A stretch of DNA of 24,295 bases from a virus (lineage: Duplodnaviria > Caudoviricetes): positions 1 through 24,295 of IMG/VR virus record IMGVR_UViG_3300034272_001710; one strand, given 5' to 3'. Below are positions 7,632-14,369 of the stretch, piece by piece. The notes beneath the pieces are model-generated. The model was not told the origin of the DNA, made no database searches, and worked only from the letters and a program-made list of their open reading frames with translations. The position numbers and the translations under genes are program-made. Within the stretch, counting starts at the first letter, position 1. Each line of letters starts with the position of its first letter.

Positions 7632-7641
7632 TTGCCTTTCC
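7615..7641. terminator. Hairpin between the convergent endonuclease and tmRNA genes (likely bidirectional terminator)
   Basis: GGAAAGGCAAC-atata-GTTGCCTTTCC, a perfect 11-bp stem overlapping the TAG stop. Confidence 0.7.
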
Positions 7642-7866
7642 CTATCCGTTATGTTACCACGTGGATAAAGCGTTGCGAACTAGCTGTTTAGGCAGCTAAC
7701 GCGAGATTGCCGTTATCGTTGGCCTTTCTCAATTTGCACTAATTTGCAGTCGTAGCTTACTGGTGCCTAGATACTACTTTCACCTCCGGTCGAAACCCTT
7801 TCACCCCCATAAATGGTGGAGGTGGCGGTAATTGAAACCGCGTCCCAAGTGGCTATTATAGCACCC
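7642..7866 (-). ncRNA. ssrA: Circularly permuted (two-piece) tmRNA: acceptor piece ~7866-7814, 5-nt spacer, coding piece 7808-~7642
   Basis: Minus strand: GAC-GCGGT-TTCAATT-ACCGC-CACCTCC-ACCA (T-arm and 3' acceptor strand) precedes TTTAT-GGGGGTG-AAAGGGTTTCGAC (5' acceptor strand, giving G3.U70). Then pk1-like CAGT..ACTG and the tag frame 7723-7688, ANDNGNLALAA*. Outer ends are approximate. Confidence 0.93.
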
Positions 7867-7879
7867 TATAACTATCAGA

Positions 7880-8659
7880 TCAGCACGTCTTCTGACAGTA
7901 TTTCATCCTTCTTCCTTTATACCATCCTTCAGGGATAATGTCAAGTTTATCAATATATTTATTTTGTTCTATTACTGGATTATAGATCCACATTTTTCCA
8001 TTGCCAGTATCAGATTGCTTTTTTAAAAGTTCTTTGTATTCTGTTACAGATAGGTATCCTTCAGGGATATTAGATGGAGTAACCATTATTCTCTTTGATT
8101 TATCATCAGGAGAGTCTAGGCAAATACACCATATTTTACCATAATTGGGATTACCTTTTCCTGTATGCAGAGCTGATAATTTTGCTGCTTGTGAAGCCTG
8201 GCCTATCAAGAAATAATCTGGATTTTCTTTTCTCAATTGCTGCAACTTTTTGTTGCCGAGCAAGGATGCTTCCTTGGCTGTAACTGAATTCCATGGTGTG
8301 CATTTTTTCAATAGATTTTTGATGGCAATCTTTCCAGCTTTACTTGCTCGTAGTCTATGAGCTTCATCACCATTATTGATATGGCTGAATCCTCCATCAC
8401 CTTCTTCTATCTTCAAATTCGCCCATTCCTGACTATCCACAATATTCCATAACTGTGAATTATATATACCTTGTTGACGTATATAACTTGCATCAAGTGA
8501 TTCACACAAGATTTCTGTAGATATATCTATTCCATGTTTTTTAAGGTGGTTCCGCCATCTAATGCCAGATCCCACATATTTGTAAGGATCCTGTTTTGTA
8601 GTTCCAAGATATTTCAGACCTGTTTTGTTATGAGTTTTGACGTAGAGATAAATAGGCAT
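7880..8659 (-). CDS. Seg-like GIY-YIG homing endonuclease
   Basis: IYLYVKTHNKTGLKYLG..DPYKYVGSG..W..HL, WANL..E.GDGG; NUMOD3-like GKGNPNYGK; IPEGY/IPEGW repeats. Confidence 0.88.
   Translation of the reverse strand: MPIYLYVKTHNKTGLKYLGTTKQDPYKYVGSGIRWRNHLKKHGIDISTEILCESLDASYIRQQGIYNSQLWNIVDSQEWANLKIEEGDGGFSHINNGDEAHRLRASKAGKIAIKNLLKKCTPWNSVTAKEASLLGNKKLQQLRKENPDYFLIGQASQAAKLSALHTGKGNPNYGKIWCICLDSPDDKSKRIMVTPSNIPEGYLSVTEYKELLKKQSDTGNGKMWIYNPVIEQNKYIDKLDIIPEGWYKGRRMKYCQKTC
7916..7944 (-). promoter_or_regulatory. Near-consensus sigma70 promoter inside the endonuclease 3' end, pointing at ssrA
   Basis: TTGACA-ttatccctgaaggatgg (17 nt)-TATAAA. Confidence 0.65.
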
Positions 8660-8728
8660 TGCTGAAGCCTCCGTATGGGTTTTAGAGCTAGTGGGTGTTG
8701 CTGCACCGTGACTAGCACTGTATTTATA
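8660..8728 (-). promoter_or_regulatory. Late promoter TATAAATA (8721-8728) plus structured leader and RBS
   Basis: TATAAATA-cagt-GCTAGT-cac-GGTG-cagcaa-CACC-c-ACTAGC-tctaaaacccatacGGAGGcttcagcaATG. Confidence 0.75.
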
Positions 8729-8807
8729 CAGAAGTTCAAATAATAGGTCTTGCTCAACCCATATGTCTAATTTTCATGGGCCCTAGGGCCCAAACAGTAG
8801 CATCATC

Positions 8808-8836
8808 AATATAGTCTATATTGAGCATAATGTCAA
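8808..8836 (-). promoter_or_regulatory. Sigma70-like promoter upstream of the endonuclease/ssrA unit
   Basis: TTGACA-17 nt-TATATT. Confidence 0.65.
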
Positions 8837-8867
8837 TACCAGGGTGGTGGGTGTCCACCCTGGTATT
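8835..8867 (-). terminator. Hairpin or terminator after the small secreted-protein gene
   Basis: AATACCAGGGTGG-7 nt-CCACCCTGGTATT (13-bp stem); the stronger U-tract is on the plus strand. Confidence 0.7.
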
Positions 8868-8876
8868 TTTGGGTGT

Positions 8877-9104
8877 TCAGTTCTTTTTGACTGCGTCTGT
8901 GCTCTTGGCAGCCGGTGCAGTGGTTGTCACAGGAGCCTTCTTGTCAGTGGTTTCTTTCTTGGTGGCATCCACAGCAGGTTTGCTGACTGGTACAGCTGGT
9001 GTAGAGACAGCACTGGGGCTGGTGCTTGCAGGAGCATTAGCTTGGGCTAGAGCAAGTGTGGGGGCAACAACAACAGCGGCGGCGATAAATGCAGATTTGA
9101 ACAT
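8877..9104 (-). CDS. Small secreted low-complexity (Ala/Pro/Thr/Lys-rich) protein, 75 aa
   Basis: Start moved to ATG 9104 behind AAGGA; MFKSAFIAAAVVVAPTLALA|Q is a Sec signal peptide with an ALA cleavage motif. Confidence 0.75.
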   Translation of the reverse strand: MFKSAFIAAAVVVAPTLALAQANAPASTSPSAVSTPAVPVSKPAVDATKKETTDKKAPVTTTAPAAKSTDAVKKN

Positions 9105-9229
9105 TTGAGAGTCCTTGGTTTGTGATAGGAACTTTTCCTTCACAATAGTATTTGGCTGATAAATGCAGCTGAAAGTCAGCAAACCTGTGTTGGAACTGTG
9201 TTATTTTGCCATAAACCAATATTTTTTGG

Positions 9230-10465
9230 TCATGAGAGTGAATTAAAATTTTGTATGCTGGCTGTGACTTCCGCAGCAGTCTTGCGCAACTGAACTTGCA
9301 TTTGAGTTAGGTTTCCAAATGCTTGTGTATCTGTGGGAATGGCCAATCCCTGGCCGGTGGGAGTCAAGTATAGCCAATTGTTGGCTGCTGGATTGCTGCT
9401 TTTGAAAATTGTCTCCACACATGGATTCACACTGGGAACCACAAGACGAAAGGGATTGTTCAACAGACTATTGATGGCTTGACTGACATTATCAATCTCA
9501 GATTTAATGGCTGCACCCACTGCAGAGACTGCTTGTCCCACTGATCCAACAATGCCCTGTACACCTTCACCTAGACTGCCCAATAAACTGTTGGATACAC
9601 TTGTGACAGCACTGATGGCAGTATTGATGGCTTGCTGAACTCCACTGGTAATTGCTCCCAACAACGCAGTGGTGGCAGCACTAAATCCTGCTATCACAGC
9701 CTGTGGAACAGCAACCAGAGCACTGGTTATTTGATTGAGTCCTGATGTGACTGCATTGAGAATGCCATTGAAGTTGCCCTGAATACTGCCAATAAATCCG
9801 CTCAAGCTGTTGCATCTACCAATTGTGCCAACTTCCTCTGGCCTGAATGTGAGATTGATAGCATCAAATACTCGGGTTGGTTGATCCAACACATTTTTGG
9901 CATGGGCAGCCATGTTGCTGAGCATGATGGGTGTTTGTCCTACCTGATCCAATCCTCCCAGGGCTGAAGTCAACTGGGTCAGTTGTGCGGCAGAAATATT
10001 GCCACTGGCTTGTGCAGCAGATACAACTTGTGCAGCAGGTGTGGCTACTGCACTAACACTGGGGGCTGTGGTTTGAGATCCTGTGGCAGATGAAGGTGGT
10101 GTGTTATACGATGTGTTGACTTCCTGCTGTAAGGCTGCGTTGGGATCCCCATAATTGGGAGGGGTAGTGGTTTGTAAAACCTGGTTGGTGACATAATTTG
10201 TCACTGTATATTGTGGGCCTTCCTCAGGAGGATATGTGGCTTGAGCCAACAGTGCATTTATCTCTTTCAATCTAGCTGTAATGATGCGAACTCTAGCTAT
10301 AAGACTGTCTTGTCTAGCAGCGACAGCATCCATTTGGGATGCTGTCGTAGCGGATGCCCCTTGGGCTTTTAAAGTGGCTCTCTCAGATTTGATTGCAGTT
10401 ATTTCTGATAACAGAGCATCTTTTTCCTGTTGTAATCTTTTTCTTTCGTCTGCTGTGATGGTCAT
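9230..10465 (-). CDS. Hypothetical protein: N-terminal coiled coil, Ala/Ser/Gly-rich amphipathic helical C-half (possibly virion)
   Basis: 411-aa ORF in the main strand orientation; composition only. Confidence 0.7.
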   Translation of the reverse strand: MTITADERKRLQQEKDALLSEITAIKSERATLKAQGASATTASQMDAVAARQDSLIARVRIITARLKEINALLAQATYPPEEGPQYTVTNYVTNQVLQTTTPPNYGDPNAALQQEVNTSYNTPPSSATGSQTTAPSVSAVATPAAQVVSAAQASGNISAAQLTQLTSALGGLDQVGQTPIMLSNMAAHAKNVLDQPTRVFDAINLTFRPEEVGTIGRCNSLSGFIGSIQGNFNGILNAVTSGLNQITSALVAVPQAVIAGFSAATTALLGAITSGVQQAINTAISAVTSVSNSLLGSLGEGVQGIVGSVGQAVSAVGAAIKSEIDNVSQAINSLLNNPFRLVVPSVNPCVETIFKSSNPAANNWLYLTPTGQGLAIPTDTQAFGNLTQMQVQLRKTAAEVTASIQNFNSLS

Positions 10466-10483
10466 GTTTTCTCTCTAATATGA

Positions 10484-11344
10484 TCAGATTTGCAAGATCA
10501 GCTGGGCCAATTCCTCAGCATATTCTCGTTCAAAGCTGTGAGGATCCAAGCTGGCTTTGACCACAAAGGCATATCTGAGTATGAGATTTTCAATTTGCTG
10601 CCAACGCTGATGATAACCCTGTCCTCCTGCTATGCGAAACTCCAGGTATCCTTTTTTGGCCTGCTTGCCCAGATTGACTGTGTAATTTTTTTCCTTGCTG
10701 AGCATCTTGCGCAACTGATTTTTCAGTTGACCAACGTCTGTGTCAGAAGTGAGTACAATTTGTGGTTTTTTGCGTATTTTTGCTTGCATGTCCTGGATGT
10801 GACTGGATGTAAATTCATTGGTTGCTCTATCAAAAAGATCAGCAAGATATTTTTCTCCCAACAACAGGATCAGTTTGAGTGGATCAGCTGATTGTGTGCG
10901 ATTTCCATAACTGACATTCACATGAAAACCACATGTGTTGTTGGTGTAATATCTATTCTCCTGCATCCAGGCAAATATTTTTTGTAAATGACTCAATGCT
11001 TGGGCAATGGGTAGTGGTGGGCTGATCAATTCCCAACCCAGCTCTTGTTCTGGTTGATTGGGTTCAATGGTGCCATCTTGTACCAAACTCCACCTACCAG
11101 CCACCACCTCTTTGCTGGGCACATCAAATTTCACTTGTATATTGAGATCCTGTTGGATCTTGGTTAGCAAAAGGGGAGTTTGTTGTTTGACAATCTGTTT
11201 TTGTGCTTGGTTGGGATTGATGCTGGGATCCACAGGGGCTATGAATTCAATTTCATAGCCCACCAAGAGGTGTGGATCAGCTATCACACTGGGATAATCT
11301 TTTTTGCTGAAGCGTATGGCTTCCAATAATTGCGTGGCCCTCAT
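10484..11344 (-). CDS. Putative amidoligase (COOH-NH2 ligase, Amidoligase_2-like)
   Basis: GYEIEF, DGTI, GWELISPPL, TCGFHVNVS and YLEFR motifs. Confidence 0.85.
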   Translation of the reverse strand: MRATQLLEAIRFSKKDYPSVIADPHLLVGYEIEFIAPVDPSINPNQAQKQIVKQQTPLLLTKIQQDLNIQVKFDVPSKEVVAGRWSLVQDGTIEPNQPEQELGWELISPPLPIAQALSHLQKIFAWMQENRYYTNNTCGFHVNVSYGNRTQSADPLKLILLLGEKYLADLFDRATNEFTSSHIQDMQAKIRKKPQIVLTSDTDVGQLKNQLRKMLSKEKNYTVNLGKQAKKGYLEFRIAGGQGYHQRWQQIENLILRYAFVVKASLDPHSFEREYAEELAQLILQI

Positions 11345-11350
11345 AACAAT

Positions 11351-11358
11351 TATTTATG
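11351..11358 (-). promoter_or_regulatory. Late-promoter motif cATAAATA 6 nt before the amidoligase ATG
   Basis: gcccCATAAATAattgttATG; no SD sequence. Confidence 0.6.
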
Positions 11359-11376
11359 GGGCTGATCAGCTTATGA

Positions 11377-11652
11377 TCAGATCTCCCCTCTCACATGAGC
11401 GGCATATAAATCATCATACCCTCCCACATGGCGGCCATCAATCCATATCTGAGGAACAGTTTTGGCAGAGGGCAATTTATCCAACAACTGCTGTTTGGTC
11501 ACGTAAAACTGGTTTGCTGTTGGTTGGGCTTCTCCAAAACCTGAACTGATCTTGTATTCAACAAATTCAATATTCAATTGGTTCAACAGCTCTTTGGCTT
11601 TCACACAATAGGAACACATGTTCTTGGTATAAATTTCAGCTTTCACAATCAT
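11377..11652 (-). CDS. grx: Glutaredoxin (RNR reductant)
   Basis: CSYC active site, TVPQIW, VGGYDDL; RBS AAGGAG. Confidence 0.95.
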   Translation of the reverse strand: MIVKAEIYTKNMCSYCVKAKELLNQLNIEFVEYKISSGFGEAQPTANQFYVTKQQLLDKLPSAKTVPQIWIDGRHVGGYDDLYAAHVRGEI

Positions 11653-11688
11653 CTCCTTGAAAAATCAATTAAAAATTTCCAGTTACTC

Positions 11689-11717
11689 AATCTAGTGCAT
11701 CCTTGGGTAAAAATCAA
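11689..11717 (-). promoter_or_regulatory. Sigma70-like promoter for glutaredoxin
   Basis: TTGATT-17 nt-TAGATT. Confidence 0.5.
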
Positions 11718-11770
11718 CATCCCTAGTATGAGATACACTGCTTGATGCAGAGGATCAAAGTCACAAGACT

Positions 11771-12016
11771 TCATGGTTGTTGTTTGATATCTTTGAGACT
11801 GTCCATGATCTGAATTATCCATTCACTGTTGTTTTCAATCTCATGTCGATCCTGCTGGTTAAATTCCCACAGATGGTTATACACCTCTTCTCCACAAAAT
11901 ATACAGGTCCACACACCTTTGCCAAAAACTGCCAACATGCGACATTGGACACACACAGGAGGGCCAGGTGGGTACAACCCCATGCAGTTATGTTTGCAGA
12001 TTGTGGTTGTGGTCAT
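11771..12016 (-). CDS. Small Zn-ribbon-like hypothetical protein
   Basis: CVQC and CIFC pairs, plus CKHNC. Confidence 0.65.
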   Translation of the reverse strand: MTTTTICKHNCMGLYPPGPPVCVQCRMLAVFGKGVWTCIFCGEEVYNHLWEFNQQDRHEIENNSEWIIQIMDSLKDIKQQP

Positions 12017-12431
12017 CTCTGGATAGATGACTAGACCAGATCTCTTGTCGGGTATAATCAGGTATTTGATTTTTCAAGATGGCAAACATGTTTATGGGAC
12101 GATTATCATCAAAAGGAGTAATATCAATCAATTTACCATTTCTTGTCCTGACAACACTGTGTAATATAGCCCCCATGTTGTGAGTATCACAACACTCTAA
12201 TAGATAGTATCCCAAAACTCGTTCCCCTCCATACCAGGATGTGTAATTCAATGTATTGTTGTGACAGTCCCAATATCTACAGTGTGGTTTGGGAAAAACT
12301 GGCACAGCACCCACCCAGGAACATCCCAAAGCCCTACAAAAATCAATCAGGGAATGATCAAGATTGGGAATTATCAAGTCTTTTGAATGATTCAATTTTC
12401 CATCCTTTTGCAGGACCACTTCTGGGTTCAT
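11988..12431 (-). CDS. Hypothetical protein with a possible Cys-His-Asp (transglutaminase/papain-like) triad; start uncertain
   Basis: DCHNN...GYYL...HSVV...LIDITP; overlaps both neighbours. Confidence 0.6.
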   Translation of the reverse strand: MNPEVVLQKDGKLNHSKDLIIPNLDHSLIDFCRALGCSWVGAVPVFPKPHCRYWDCHNNTLNYTSWYGGERVLGYYLLECCDTHNMGAILHSVVRTRNGKLIDITPFDDNRPINMFAILKNQIPDYTRQEIWSSHLSRDDHNHNLQT

Positions 12432-13113
12432 AATTATCTTTTGAATAGATCATCTTGTGGATAGTTGAGGCTGGAAGGCCGAGTGATTCACAAAGTTTAT
12501 CAATATTGCCTATAGTAGTATATTCTTGACCATCTGGGCTTGTTAATTTCCAAACGAAACTCTTTTTGTGGGTTTCGCCAACGTATTTCTTGTTGGCTTC
12601 TCCTATCTTTTGTCTCCGAGATTCTGGACAGGGACCATATTTCCTACCAGTTCCCTTTTCACCAATCAGCTTTTTAGTAGCTTCAGAATGCTGTTTGGGA
12701 CCATAGCCTCCCCTTTCACGTTGCAATCTGGCTCGTTTTTCCTTTTGTTCTTTAGCTCTCTCTACGCCATAAATCTCTTCATAAGTTTTGCCCTTGTGAT
12801 TGGGTGGACGCGAGTCAGTACATATGTTGGTTAATATTCCACCAGGATCATAACCTTTCCTTCCATAGTGTTTGATATACAAGGATTCAATGTCATATGC
12901 CAATGATTCATCTTCAATATTCTCCACCAAATATATGATACCTGGCTCCAGACCCTCACTGCGAATTGCGTTAATTTTATTCTCCTTATGGATATTCCTT
13001 ACTCCAGACATGTTATACAAGTGGGGTTGGGCCCTTGTTCCATTACCTTTTCCTATATAAAATGGTTGACTATTCCTTGGATCTATAAGAGAATATACAT
13101 AATAAGTTATTAT
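12358..13113 (-). CDS. GIY-YIG homing endonuclease downstream of nrdB; probable non-canonical ATA start
   Basis: YYVYSLIDPR..PFYIGKG..R, E..I..YGR..G.LTN; NUMOD3-like HSEATKKLIG; KGW. RBS AGGAGG precedes in-frame ATA ATA. Confidence 0.85.
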   Translation of the reverse strand: MITYYVYSLIDPRNSQPFYIGKGNGTRAQPHLYNMSGVRNIHKENKINAIRSEGLEPGIIYLVENIEDESLAYDIESLYIKHYGRKGYDPGGILTNICTDSRPPNHKGKTYEEIYGVERAKEQKEKRARLQRERGGYGPKQHSEATKKLIGEKGTGRKYGPCPESRRQKIGEANKKYVGETHKKSFVWKLTSPDGQEYTTIGNIDKLCESLGLPASTIHKMIYSKDNYEPRSGPAKGWKIESFKRLDNSQS

Positions 13114-13151
13114 TTGAGCCTCCTGCACATATTTATGCAAGAGGCTCAAAT
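13112..13151 (-). promoter_or_regulatory. RBS-sequestering hairpin with a late-promoter motif (cATAAATA) at the loop
   Basis: ATTTGAGCCTC-T-TGCA-taaatatg-TGCA-G-GAGGCTCAAAT. Confidence 0.88.
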
Positions 13152-13164
13152 TTGTTCCTATATT

Positions 13165-14298
13165 TCACAAAGATAATCCGGTGAATGAATGTTCATTCAC
13201 ATCCATTTTGGCATCGCCGATTCGGTACGAACTTATCTCCGTTTGCTGAGGAGCCACTTGCACTTCTTTGCCACTGATCCATTTCTGTGTCCAGGGAAGA
13301 GGATTGGATCTACGTCCATACACGTTCTTAAGTCCTGCGCTTTCCATGCGAACACCTGCAATGTATTCCACGTATTCCTTCAAAAGATGTGCATTAAGTC
13401 CAATCATGCTGCCATCCTTGAACAAATAGTCAGCCCAGGTTTTTTCCTGAGTTACTGCCATTTCAAACAGTTGTTGACATTCAGGCGCCAGTTCATCACG
13501 GATCTGGGCAAATTCCGGATCATCTTTGGGCAACAATTTGATCAGTGTCTGTGTGCTACCCAGATGTAGGTTCTCGTCCCTGCAGATGAGCTTGATGATC
13601 TTGGCGTTGCCTTCCATCTTCTTGAGTTCTGCAAAAGCGAATGAACAGGCAAAACTCACATAGAATCGCACACCTTCCAGTGCGTTTATACTGTTGATGG
13701 CCATCCAAATACGCTTTTTGAGTTCGCGTTTGCTGATGGTAATAGGTTGGCCATTAACATCATGCACTCCTACTCCCAACACATGATATTGCATGGTATA
13801 ATTGATCAATTCGTCATAATATTTGGTGATATCCTTTGCACAGTCCACAATCTCACCAATATCCATGAGTTCATCCAAAACTTTGCTGGGGTCACTGTAG
13901 ATATTTCTGATGATGTGAGTATAGCTTTTGGAATGTATGGTTTCACTAAATGCCCAAGTTTGGAGCCAGATTTCCAGTTCTGGTAAACTTGTGAGTGTGA
14001 GGAACGCTGTGTTGGGTGCTCTACCCTGTACACTGTCCAGTACAATCTGCCTTTTGAGATTGCTGGTAAAAATATGTTGCTCATGTACACTGAGAGAGCG
14101 GAAATCCTTGCTGTCTTTCCCTAAATCAATTTCATCAGGTCTCCAGAAAAAACTCAGTTGCTCCTCAGTGAGTCTATCAAATACTCGGTATTTCATGCGG
14201 TCATACCGCGCAATAGTGGTAGTACCACTATCATCCAAAAATGCTAGATTTTTCACGTGATCCTTGTGAACGTCAATTGCTAATGTCTGAAAAGTCAT
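13165..14298 (-). CDS. nrdB: Ribonucleotide reductase class Ia beta subunit
   Basis: FFWRPDEIDL, DSVQGRAP, ETIHSKSY, LEGVRFYVSF, RDENLH, VQVAPQ. Confidence 0.97.
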   Translation of the reverse strand: MTFQTLAIDVHKDHVKNLAFLDDSGTTTIARYDRMKYRVFDRLTEEQLSFFWRPDEIDLGKDSKDFRSLSVHEQHIFTSNLKRQIVLDSVQGRAPNTAFLTLTSLPELEIWLQTWAFSETIHSKSYTHIIRNIYSDPSKVLDELMDIGEIVDCAKDITKYYDELINYTMQYHVLGVGVHDVNGQPITISKRELKKRIWMAINSINALEGVRFYVSFACSFAFAELKKMEGNAKIIKLICRDENLHLGSTQTLIKLLPKDDPEFAQIRDELAPECQQLFEMAVTQEKTWADYLFKDGSMIGLNAHLLKEYVEYIAGVRMESAGLKNVYGRRSNPLPWTQKWISGKEVQVAPQQTEISSYRIGDAKMDVNEHSFTGLSL

Positions 14299-14369
14299 CC
14301 TGTCGATTTTCCTATATCTTGCCTATAGTCTATCTGATATCCACTGTCAACACAAGGGTTAGCATGTAA

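Noticed and set aside
7814-7845. tRNA gene
   Set aside because: Only a T-arm and acceptor strand with no anticodon arm; it is the acceptor piece of tmRNA.
14322-14350. nrdB promoter TTGACA-17-TATAGG
   Set aside because: Perfect -35 but a poor -10; plausible, yet too weak to list as a feature.
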